IMG/VR virus record: IMGVR_UViG_3300005293_000009
Coordinates: 2,416 to 66,415 of that record
Direction: 5' to 3' (one strand)
Length of the DNA: 64,000 nucleotides
Source of the DNA: a virus
Shown: piece after piece, positions 40,690 through 50,175 of the stretch
Layout: each line of letters starts with the position of its first letter
How positions within the stretch are numbered: position 1 is the stretch's first letter
Notes under the pieces: model-generated
Seen by the model: the letters and a program-made list of their open reading frames with translations, nothing else
Told to the model about the DNA's origin: nothing
The model's database searches: none
Made by a program: the position numbers and the translations under genes

Positions 40690-42877
40690 ATGAGTGAAGC
40701 ACTACCAGCAATACCGCGCAACGAGGCGCTTGCACGACTCATGGCTCAACTGAAAGAACAACAAGAAAAGGATAAAGACAATGGGACCAATTTCGAGTGA
40801 TGTACTGATGTTCCTCGCGGAGCTTGAACAGGCCACGAGCGAAATCATCACGAAGTACTACGATGCCAGCGCGGCTGACTGGGATGAGAACGGCACCGAG
40901 GCAACCAAGAACTTCAAGTTCTACGCGCCTATTCTCGTGAAGGTTGTCACGTCCGAGGATGGGAAGGTGCTGGCTCAGTTCGTGGAGGAAGGGGTTGACT
41001 TCTACCCGGATCAGGAGTAACATGACTGTAGGTGTGAATGACAGCCCCACCCGGTGTGAGCAATGCGGGCGCACCGAAGCGACGTACACCTGGGTAGGCC
41101 AATGGGTCTGCTCTCTCTGCGAGAGAAAGGCACGACGATGACAATCAAGATCGAAACCGAGTGGGGCGTGGTCTATCCATATGCTCCTGAAGTTGTCCAC
41201 CCGATGGTGGACCGCGCCTCTGCCGAAGCGCACGCCCGCTCTACCGGGTCGATCCTTATGTGCCGAGACTGGTCTGTGGTTCGACAGCAACCCGGCTGTA
41301 CTGACCATAATCCTGTTCAACATCGTGACGGCAAGCCCGCGTGGTGTAAGCGGTGCGGGCTGACCGCTAGCTTCACTGTTCCGGAATTTCGGTTTGTCAA
41401 ATCCTCCAACGCCCCTCAACCGAGTGAGCAGCATCCGGTTGGAGACGTGGACCCGAGCATGGTCTATCGCCCGACCGAGACGCCCCGCACGCGGAGAGTT
41501 GACAATGGGCCTAGAGGGCAGTAAGCTGTAGGTATGGAACTTCTACACGACTTCATGCTCTACATCCAGAGCCTCTTCGTTCGCCCTAAGCGCTCGGATC
41601 GCGAGCGACGTAGGTGCACCAGCGAAATCCTGAAGGCTGGACTGCCGGTGTTCATCATCGTTAGTCTGATCGGCACTACGCTTCTCGCGCTGTTCGTCAA
41701 CCTCTGGTTCCTCCTGCTGCTTATCGTCATCGCGGTGGGTTGGCCGCTGTGGTACGGCTTTGTCAAGTACCACGCTTCGAAGTACGGACTACTCGGATGG
41801 TGAACCTGCACGGGCCGGGGGCGAAACTTCTACCTATCAGCCCTGCAACGTACGATCCGGGCAAGCGAATGCAGGCCGCAACTATGGCGGCGTACGTAGG
41901 CCTTGGCGTGGCGATGCATGTCCACTCATCCCACACGGAGTTCTGGACGGACAAGCGGGTCCCTCCGTGGAAGATCGACGTGTATTCGGCTCGCACCTAT
42001 AAGGGGCCGCTAGAGTTCGACCGGCGACTAGAGCACCCGACCGAGCCGTGGTCACCATTCGCCCCGCCAGTCAGGACGGCAGAAGATCGAATCGAGCAGG
42101 CTATCGCGGTCCTGTCCGAGCTAGCGGAGACTGATCCGGTGGCGCTCCAGGCGATTGACATTCTGGAGGGAAGGTTGACAAACCCAGAACAAGAGAGTAG
42201 GCTGTAACTATGACAATCGATCTTCGCAACTTCAAGTCCGGTGACCGGGTACGTGCCACCAACCAGAGAAACACGGACACCGCTGAGTTTACCGTGGATT
42301 CGTCCTCCGAGACCCTCCTGTACTCCGCGACCAATGTTTTCAATGCAGAGTCGTGGGACTTCACCCTCATCGAACCGCCCAAGCCCAAGCTGCCGAAGGT
42401 GGCGGGTGTGTACCGTCTGACGCCAGGCAAGTTCGGTGACCGTCACCTGATTCTGACTACGGTGGGTTCGTGGTACTGGATCGACTTCACGACCGCGCAC
42501 AAGAATGATGGTGGCTTCGTGTATCAGGGTGAGCACATCAAGGAGAGCGTCGTGAAGAAGTACGCGGGAGAGCTTCACCTTCAGTGGGCGTACTGATGAC
42601 ACACGCAACACTGGGGCAGGACTTTCAGCAGTTCCTCCGCGAAGCCTTCCCGAAGCGCACCAAGAAATCTTTCTCCCGCGAGAAGCGGATCAGCCGCATG
42701 CTGTCCGTCGTGATGTTCGTGATGATGCTCGGAGGTACGGCGGCGTCTCTTGCGTCTGCGGCCTTCTTCGGAAACGGATACCTCGCGTTTCTGATCATCC
42801 CCTCGTTAGGGGTTGGCTTCGTGGTCGGGATGTTCGGGGACTGGTATGACGCCAAGTATCATCTGAACGGGCTCTGA
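40690..42877 (+). CDS. Run of small hypothetical genes (40690-40800, 40781-41020, 41022-41141, 41138-41524, 41534-41803 membrane, 41797-42207, 42210-42596, 42596-42877 membrane)
   Basis: Contiguous ORFs; leaderless promoters at 41499 and 42175. Confidence 0.55.
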
Positions 42878-42922
42878 TGTAAAACATTCTAGACAAATAA
42901 ATAACATGGTAGTATGTTATTT

Positions 42923-43345
42923 ATGACCACTAGAATCTGCACCCGCCGAGAATGCGGACAACCTGAAGAGGGGCTTGGCCTCTGCCTCGAACATCTAGAA
43001 GAGGTAGAGGCCAGGATCACGCAGGGACTCCCGCCTACAGGAACGCTACTCGGAGAATGGGGGCGTTGGCGGACGAACGGTGCTGGATATCGCATCCGGT
43101 CGCGAACCGTCAACGGCGTGCAAGAGTTTCAACTAGAGCATCGTCATGTGATGGAGGAACACCTTGGACGACCACTGGAACGTGGTGAGAATGTGCACCA
43201 CCGCAACGGTTTTCGGGATGATAACCGTCTAGAGAATCTAGAGCTTTGGTCAACGGCACAGCCCGCTGGTCAGCGAGTAGCCGAGAAGCTGGCGTGGGCA
43301 AAAATGATCACGGAGCGCTACGGCCCAGAAGAACACCTTCTGTAA
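42923..43345 (+). CDS. HNH endonuclease
   Basis: EHRHVME..LGRPL...[20 protein letters not shown]. Confidence 0.9.
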   Translation: MTTRICTRRECGQPEEGLGLCLEHLEEVEARITQGLPPTGTLLGEWGRWRTNGAGYRIRSRTVNGVQEFQLEHRHVMEEHLGRPLERGENVHHRNGFRDDNRLENLELWSTAQPAGQRVAEKLAWAKMITERYGPEEHLL

Positions 43346-43358
43346 TAGAGGTATAATA

Positions 43359-43490
43359 CTTTGTAGACCAACTGAATCGATCCGAGAAAGAACCCAGGCA
43401 TTTAAGGGGTTTCGGACGTGAAAGTTGCTGAAAAGCAGGCCGTCTCGTTGAATAAGCGAAGATTTATCCTGCATAGTTCACACTACAAAG
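43359..43490 (+). ncRNA. Candidate structured 5' leader RNA upstream of the terS-like gene
   Basis: Closing stem CTTTGTAG/CTACAAAG; internal hairpins TCCGA...TCGGA and TGCT-GAAA-AGCA. Confidence 0.35.
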
Positions 43491-43493
43491 GAT

Positions 43494-44405
43494 TTGTACA
43501 TGCAGGAAATCGAAGCAGGGGAACCCGCTGAGCTAGAGATTGAAGCCCCGCCAGGGCTGCTTCCCGACCTCGAAGCATGGGGCATTGTCGAGATTGAGCG
43601 TGGTGTTTGCGAAGATACCTTTGAAAACCGGAAGGCTATCCGAGCCAATAAGGGCAAGGCCAATACCGTCTTCGATAGTAATGGAAACCCAACAGGCTAT
43701 CTACAGGTGGTCACGGCGGAAATGTACGCCACCGCTCAAGGCCTGTCAAAAAGCGATCTTCTTTCCGACCCGGACGATTACAACTCCGACTACCTCAACG
43801 GTGTCAAGCTCCTGCTCGCTCAGAACGCAGACCACCTGGCACCGACGTGGGTCCTCAATACTACCAAAACTTTTATCCGTCAGCAAGACCGTATCAAGGA
43901 ACTCGGCGCAGACGGCGAACTGTACGCCAGCCAGACTCGGCTCGTAACCGTACCGCACCGTTGCAAGACGACGAAGGCTGACGGCACGCGATGCTGGGGC
44001 TGGGCAGACGGTAGCTCGGACCTGAACGGCATGTGCCGTGTACACGCACGGCGCGCGAACCGCTCCCCCTCACACGGCCTGAGTACACGCCAGATTATGC
44101 GCAACCGTATGGACTCCGCCGTCCCCGGTCTGTGGGAAAAGCTGGAAGTGCTGACCGACTCGGAAGACGAGCGCATTGCGCTGACCGCTATCCGTGACAT
44201 GATGGACCGTGCCGGTTACAAGGCCGTGGACCACGTTGAGCAGAAGGTCGAAGTAACCGTAACCGACGCCTCGGACGTTGTGAAGGATCGCCTCAAGAAA
44301 CTGAAGAAGGGCCAGGACGACAAGGCCGCACTTCTCAAGCAGATGCGTGAAGCAACCGCCGCCGAAGATGTAGTAGACGCGGAGGTTGTTGACGATGACG
44401 AGTGA
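43494..44405 (+). CDS. Terminase small subunit-like protein
   Basis: RCKTTKADGTRC...CRVH zinc knuckle; IALTAIRDMMDRAGYK...KVEVTV motif common in terS. Confidence 0.55.
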   Translation: MYMQEIEAGEPAELEIEAPPGLLPDLEAWGIVEIERGVCEDTFENRKAIRANKGKANTVFDSNGNPTGYLQVVTAEMYATAQGLSKSDLLSDPDDYNSDYLNGVKLLLAQNADHLAPTWVLNTTKTFIRQQDRIKELGADGELYASQTRLVTVPHRCKTTKADGTRCWGWADGSSDLNGMCRVHARRANRSPSHGLSTRQIMRNRMDSAVPGLWEKLEVLTDSEDERIALTAIRDMMDRAGYKAVDHVEQKVEVTVTDASDVVKDRLKKLKKGQDDKAALLKQMREATAAEDVVDAEVVDDDE

Positions 44406-44971
44406 AGCCCGCGAGAAGCTAGAGCAGATGCGCGACCAAATAGTTTTTGACGCACAGGGGGCGCTCTCCCGCGCGGAGCTTCAGCGTCTACGGCAGTACT
44501 GGGGTGACATTACCCAGATTCTCCAGCTTGACACGGACGCCAAGGGCGAGTAAACTAAGACCATGCTCACAACCGAACGGCTCGCCGCACTGCACGCTGT
44601 CAAGAACGGCGAGGTAACCGTGCGGAAAGTCAGCGCGCCGGGACTCCCCTGGAGATTCCAGCCTGCCGAGCGAACCGTAGCACTCGGGTTCCTGCTGAAG
44701 GCGGACCTGATTTCGGTAACCGCTGAGTTCGGCCCGAACCGTTCACGACCGTCAACCGTGACACTCACGGATCGAGGGTGGCGTGCTATTCGAGCTACGG
44801 CGTGAACTGATCCGGCTTGCGAACCGTAACCGTCTGAGCGCGGAAGCCGTGACCGACCTACTGGACCTCGCGGAGCATCTGAACGGCCTGGTTGTAGACG
44901 AGGATGACCGTGAACTTCTCACCGCCGAGCATGTGCTAGACTTCTGGCAGGAGAGTTTCGATGAATCGTAG
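44395..44971 (+). CDS. Three small genes (44395-44553, 44563-44805, 44783-44971)
   Basis: Overlapping ORFs; leaderless promoter at 44528. Confidence 0.55.
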
Positions 44972-45716
44972 ACAACGGCAAGCAACCGCAACCGCTATCG
45001 TGTCTGAAGCGAAGCGGCACGTTGGGTATCGCGCCCAACCGCAGCGCCGTAGCGCCTTTGCCCTTAAGCAGTACCTCGGGAAAGCGTGGAACGGCACGTT
45101 CATAGACCGCGTACTCCATGACGCATTCGGAGACTTCGCGGAAGTGCGGTTTGTGTCAACCGTGTCAGCGCTCGGGTACTACCTGAACCGTAACCGTGTC
45201 TATCACAAGCCCCGGCCCGGAGACATCGCGTTCTTCAACTTCGCATCGAACCCGCTGGAACCGTTCGAGCAACCGCACGTTGGTGTGGTAATTTCGGTTG
45301 AACCGAACGGCTCGTTCCGAACCGTAGAGGGCGAGACTTCACCCGGCACGCCTCAAGGGTCGCAGCTTGCAGACGGTGTATTCGAGAGAGTGCGGCACGT
45401 AACCGATACCGTAGGCTTCGTGCGCCCAACCGTACGGAAGATCGAACCGCTAGACGGCACGCCTACAACCGTGCAGATGAGCTACTTCGACTCGAACCCC
45501 AGTACGCGCGCCAAGGCAATCGAAACCGTGCAGCGAGCGCTGAACCGTGTACGGCCTGCTTGGACGTTCAACCGTGGCAAGAAGGACGGCGAGTTTAAGA
45601 GCGCTCTCGGCCTGTACGCTCGTGAGACGGGAACCGTGGAGAACCGTGGCGAACTGACGTACCCGGTACTCGACACCCTCGGAACCGAGACCGGCGTGTA
45701 TACGGTAGACTCATGA
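44961..45716 (+). CDS. CHAP-fold protein with a degenerate active site and a possible peptidoglycan-binding C-terminus
   Basis: PRPGDIAFF, HVGVV and TVEGET match the CHAP pattern, but the catalytic W-C reads W-N. Confidence 0.6.
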   Translation: MNRRQRQATATAIVSEAKRHVGYRAQPQRRSAFALKQYLGKAWNGTFIDRVLHDAFGDFAEVRFVSTVSALGYYLNRNRVYHKPRPGDIAFFNFASNPLEPFEQPHVGVVISVEPNGSFRTVEGETSPGTPQGSQLADGVFERVRHVTDTVGFVRPTVRKIEPLDGTPTTVQMSYFDSNPSTRAKAIETVQRALNRVRPAWTFNRGKKDGEFKSALGLYARETGTVENRGELTYPVLDTLGTETGVYTVDS

Positions 45717-45964
45717 CACGCTCAGAACGGTGCAAGTCTGACGACCTCTTCGACAACGAGCACCACCGATGCATCGGCGCGATCTACACCGGCTGGCTCG
45801 AAGAAGGCGTGCCGTGTGAGTGCGCCTGCCACAAGCTTCCACGGTGCTTCACACCGTATGTCGCAAACCACGGAACCGGCATCTACGACTGCGACCTACA
45901 CGAAGGGCACGGCGGGAACTTTCACTCACACAGAGGTCGGATACTTTGGTCGAAGCGTGTTTGA
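45713..45964 (+). CDS. Small Cys/His-rich protein
   Basis: CECACH, CDLHEGH. Confidence 0.55.
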   Translation: MTRSERCKSDDLFDNEHHRCIGAIYTGWLEEGVPCECACHKLPRCFTPYVANHGTGIYDCDLHEGHGGNFHSHRGRILWSKRV

Positions 45965-45995
45965 CATCGAGTAAACCGTGTGCTAGAGTAGTCTT

Positions 45996-46116
45996 ACGTC
46001 CAGGTAGTAAACGCCGAAACGGTATTACGAAACAACGTGCCAAACCGGGTGAGTGGTTCCTGTGCCTCCCCGGCTCTCGGCAAAACCCCGCTCATCAGTT
46101 ACGGCGGGGTTTTGTT
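45996..46116 (+). ncRNA. Candidate ~120-nt small RNA
   Basis: TTGACA(45961)-17-TAGAGT; no start codon at +1; two hairpins; strong terminator at 46081-46114. Confidence 0.55.
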
Positions 46117-46167
46117 GTTGGTACGGCGTGCCACATAACCGTAACCGGTTTGTGGTAGGCTCGCAGC

Positions 46168-47177
46168 ATGTCCCACGTAGAGATTCACTGGCTTGAGACC
46201 GCAACCGATGCGGCACGCCTGGAGTACGCCGGTCTGCCCCGGCTCGACCTTGAACCGTCACAGTGCACGGCGTGCAACGCAAGAGTTGGGGAGGTAAACG
46301 GCACGAACGGTGATGTCTTCTGGAAACCGTGCGGCCTGGTGCTCAACGGTGATGCAATCGGCACGCTCTGCCGCAAGTGCTTCGCTCCAGTTGACAAAAG
46401 CCTCACGGCACGCTAAGCTGACGGCATGAGAAGCAACAGCAAACCGGTCCCGATTCGCGACCTGTCCGAAGAGGACCAACGCGGTCTCGTCGGAAACGTC
46501 GTGACCGTGAAGGTCTACGAAGACCTGGAAACACAGGAACCGTCCGCCACACTACATGGGCGGCTCGCCTTGATCGCCCTGACCCCGGACGGCACCGTCG
46601 TAGTCTTCGAGTACCAGCCCAACTTCCAGCCTGTACCGGCGTCTCAGCCGATCACTGTCGAGTGGTGACCCGGCTTGACAACGGTCGAACGGCACGCTAG
46701 GATGGGAAGCATGAAGGACACGTCCAAGACCATCCCACTCGCTGAGGTTGCTAGCTACAGCAACGGTGACCTCATCTATCTGATCGACCAGGTTGTCGTT
46801 CTCGACTTCACGGAGAACGGCGAGACCGCGACCGTAACTGGCACGCTCGAACTGCTGCTTCGAACCGACGAGGGGTTCGCCCTGAAGTTCGCCGGATACC
46901 CGGATGTCGTACCGGTGCCACTCGCCAGCGATGCAACGCTCTCGTTCACCGACTACGAGAAGTGGGGGCTCTGATCATGGCAGTTCATGGTGTGAGCGCA
47001 ACCGCCAAGGGCAAGAACTCGGAACCGGGGGACTGGACCCTCAAGACCAACACCGGCAAGCCGGTACTGGATGAGAAGAACAAGCCCATCGCTGGGCTCT
47101 CATTCCGTTCGGCCAGTGACGCGGCGCGTAGTCACCTGACTCGTACGGGAGAGTACGTCTTCCCGATTCGCGGCTAA
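46168..47177 (+). CDS. Four small genes (46168-46416 Zn-finger, 46426-46668 and 46711-46974 paralogous, 46977-47177)
   Basis: Leaderless promoters at 46391 and 46675; shared pattern ATxxGxLxLxxxTxxG...F..P..VP. Confidence 0.6.
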
Positions 47178-47260
47178 GGCTGGGAGAGGCCTCGTCCACG
47201 TCCTCTGTTGTGTTATAAGTACAGCATAGCAGGGTTCCCCCGATAGTGCAATACCTAAAT

Positions 47261-47299
47261 GAAAGAATTCCGTCTGGACTCCAGGCGGAATTTCTTTTG
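47261..47299 (+). terminator. Terminator hairpin preceding the early-type region
   Basis: GAAAGAATTCCGTCTGG...CCAGGCGGAATTTCTTTT. Confidence 0.7.
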
Positions 47300-47371
47300 C
47301 CCTAGGACTTGACACCGGCTCCAGCTTGCCGTAGTGTAGGAACTACCAACCCGGTCAACGAAGGGAAAACA

Positions 47372-47958
47372 ATGACCAACACACTCACCCCCGAGCAGCT
47401 TGAGCAGCTTGCCAGCATCGAGGTAGGCATGGGAGCGACCTACCGCACGGCACTCGGCGGCATCTACATCCCGTTCACCGTGGTCGCCGTGCGGCGCGGA
47501 GGCAAGGAAGTCGATGTGCGCCGCGACAAGACGATCATCGTGGAGCGCAAGAGCGGCTGGGAAGACAACCACGTCAAGGCGTACGAGTACGACCCCGAGG
47601 GTCGGCTCGAAACCTACACGCTCCGGAACAACGGCCAGTACATCGCAAAGGGCGAGCCGAAAGAGCGCTGGTCCTCGACACTCCAGATCGGCTACCGCCG
47701 TGACTGGACAGACATGAGCATGTGATGAACCGGCTCGCGAAAGACGGGTACGACCGTTGCGAGTGCGGGTGCAAGTACTGGGAGCACGACCGCTGTATCG
47801 ACTGCGGCACGTACATCCGGTCTGCACTCGTGCTCGACGTGAAGGACGCGCAGGAAGACTACGACCGTGCGTCCATCCCCCAGCTTGCCGCAGCGCAAGC
47901 AGAACTGAAGCGTGCGAGAAACCGTCTCGCTCAGCTTGACAAGCAACTTCTAGGCTAG
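47372..47958 (+). CDS. Two hypothetical genes (47372-47725, 47722-47958)
   Basis: Promoter TTGACA at 47309; RBS GAAGGGA. Confidence 0.6.
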
Positions 47959-47970
47959 TAAGGTAGGAAC

Positions 47971-48348
47971 ATGAGATTCAACATCGTACACGAGCGCAGT
48001 GACACCGTGGTTGGCGAGGCCGACCAGGTGGAGGTCGCGCAGTCCGTACTCTCCGGAATTTACGGCGAGATGTTCGTCGTCATCGACAAGTGGAGCGGTG
48101 TGGCACTCGACCGCCCTGCCCAGAACGCCGTACCTGGAGCATCAATCCTCACGGAAGAGCAGCTTCCCTGGGGCACCATCGACCTTCTCTCTCGCGAGGG
48201 CAAAAAGGTTCTCGCGATCAAGCTCGTCCGCGAACTGACGCACCTGGGCCTCGGTGAAGCCAAGGATGTCGTTGACCGCCGTGTGGTCGAAGCCAACCGG
48301 CTCGCGCAAGAGCAGGCCCGACTTGACGAAGAGCGTCGGAACTGGTAG
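47971..48348 (+). CDS. Protein with a ribosomal L7/L12 C-terminal-like domain
   Basis: KVLAIKLVRELTHLGLGEAKDVVD. Confidence 0.75.
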   Translation: MRFNIVHERSDTVVGEADQVEVAQSVLSGIYGEMFVVIDKWSGVALDRPAQNAVPGASILTEEQLPWGTIDLLSREGKKVLAIKLVRELTHLGLGEAKDVVDRRVVEANRLAQEQARLDEERRNW

Positions 48349-48357
48349 GGTTAAGAC

Positions 48358-48672
48358 ATGAGCACACAGGAAATTCGCCAGGCAGAACTGGCGCTCGCGG
48401 AAGCCAACCGTGCCGTCCGAATCGCGCAGCTTCAACTGGCTCGCGCTAAGAGCCGGGAGCCGGAAGAGCCCCCGGTCGATACGACCCTCCAGATCAAGGT
48501 CCAGTATCGCGAGGGCGAGAAGGCCTACACGTACGTCGCATACCGCACCCCCGAAGGCTACTGGCTCGTTACGGGTCGGAACTACGCGGGCAAGCGGCTC
48601 GGGTGGGAAGACATTCTCCACCTGGCTGACAAGAACTATTCGGGTCCCGCGCATCTGCGCGTCCTGAAGTAA
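48358..48672 (+). CDS. Hypothetical protein
   Basis: Leaderless promoter at 48323. Confidence 0.6.
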   Translation: MSTQEIRQAELALAEANRAVRIAQLQLARAKSREPEEPPVDTTLQIKVQYREGEKAYTYVAYRTPEGYWLVTGRNYAGKRLGWEDILHLADKNYSGPAHLRVLK

Positions 48673-48863
48673 CAAGCTGCCGGTTTCTCCTTCCGGCTTC
48701 CCCGGCCCCGGCTCGCGTCCTCCCTTCCGCGAGTCGGGGCCTTCTCCGTTTAGTGCCCGGACTCTTACGTGGTTATGGATGCCGAAGATAAGGTCATCGC
48801 TTATAGTTGACATGCGGTACCGGATCATGTAAGCTGGAGCTACGCCGACGAAGGGAAATCGAA

Positions 48864-49622
48864 ATGGCGAAGATGCTGACAGTGCAGGTTGAGGAAGGCC
48901 CCCTGGTCATTCCGGTTGCCGTGGATGTGTGGCAGGAGTGGATCGACGTTCACGCCGACGAGGATGAGGATGGGTTCGCGCTCGCAGAGGCGTACCTCTA
49001 CGCCGACGAGGATGGTGCGATCATCTGCCAGTGTTGCGGCGTGAACTACAACCCGGCAGTTGACAAGGACTGAAGAGTCCTGTAGGCTGTAACTACAACG
49101 AACAGGAAGGGAAATCATGTTCACTCTCAAGCTCACCGATTCCGATGAGGCACTCCAGGTCGAAGGCATCGACCTCAACGTCTGGGACTCGAACCTCTAC
49201 GGCTCTGGACCGGCGCGCGGTATCGTGGTCACCGGATACCCCATGTTCAAGGACGAGAACGGTCTCTGGGACACCGACACCGATGTCATCCTGTTCAGCG
49301 CCGACACCAACTTCAATCCGGAAGAGTGGGACGAAGACGCCTGGTACGGCCTGAGCGAGGACACCGCCCCCGGCGAGGTCCCGAATGAAGTCATGACCCT
49401 CGTCAATAACATCCTCAAGGAGCTTTCGGTATGAGCACGATCACCGTTCACCCCCGGTTCGCCACCCTGGAATGGGCGTGCAACAACGACGATGAGCACG
49501 AGGGTGCGGACGACCAGGAAATCGTCCTCCAGCCTCTCTCGGACATCGAGGATTCCGGCACCGCGATCTGCCCGCAGTGTGGCGAGGACATGGAACTCGT
49601 GAGCGTGACTGTCACGCAGTAG
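48864..49622 (+). CDS. Three small acidic proteins (48864-49073, 49117-49434, 49431-49622)
   Basis: TTGACA promoters at 48807 and 49060; GAAGGGAAATC leaders. Confidence 0.6.
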
Positions 49623-49704
49623 TCCCAAAGTAGTGCGGGTCGGGTTTGACATCCGGCCCGCATTGCTGTACGCTTGAAGTATCAGCCAAACGGAAGGGAA
49701 ACCA

Positions 49705-50166
49705 ATGGCATCTCTCACTCAGACTCAACTCGAAGCGAACGCGCTTCTCCGTCAGCACGGCCTCTACGAGAAGGGGTGGCGGTTCATCTGGGACAACGCG
49801 AAGACGCGCGGCGGTCAGTGCAAGCACCGCGAGCGCACGATCAGCATGAGCAAGTACCTCGTGCCGCTGTGGTCCGAGGACCAGGTGACGCAGACGCTCA
49901 TCCACGAGGTCGCGCACGCGGTCGTGGGTCCCGGCAACGGGCACGGCCCCGTATGGGCGCGGCAGATGCGCGCCATGGGTGTGCGGGCGGATCGTTGCCA
50001 CAGCAACGAGACCGTACAGGGCCGGTACCTTGCGATCTGCGACCACTGCGGCGTGGAGGCACACCGCGCGCACCGCATGAGCCCCGCCATGAAGCAGGGC
50101 CGACACCTTCACGCGGCGTGCCGCAAGCCGGTGCGGTGGGTTGACACCGCCACCCTGGTGCGGTAA
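49705..50166 (+). CDS. SprT-like zinc metalloprotease
   Basis: RGGQC, HEVAH, HGPVW, CDHC. Confidence 0.85.
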   Translation: MASLTQTQLEANALLRQHGLYEKGWRFIWDNAKTRGGQCKHRERTISMSKYLVPLWSEDQVTQTLIHEVAHAVVGPGNGHGPVWARQMRAMGVRADRCHSNETVQGRYLAICDHCGVEAHRAHRMSPAMKQGRHLHAACRKPVRWVDTATLVR

Positions 50167-50175
50167 GGTAGAGGC

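Larger units (their letters stand above)
44050..47030 (+). repeat. Dense strand-polarised AACCG(T) pentamer cluster
   Basis: About 45 AACCG counted by eye on the + strand in ~3 kb; very few CGGTT. Confidence 0.8.

Noticed and set aside
42923-43345. HNH gene as part of an intron or other self-splicing element
   Set aside because: The flanking genes appear intact and no group I core was recognised; treated as a free-standing HNH.
43374-43445. Hammerhead-like CTGA...GA-stem-GAAA pattern
   Set aside because: The core spacing (CTGAATCGA; CGTGAAA) does not fit CUGANGA/GAAA and stems I and III are not convincing.
47205-47300. Possible tiny RNA or preQ1-like element containing AGGGTTCCCC before the terminator
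   Set aside because: There is no consensus -10/-35 and it lacks the stem and A-rich tail of preQ1-I; evidence is too thin.
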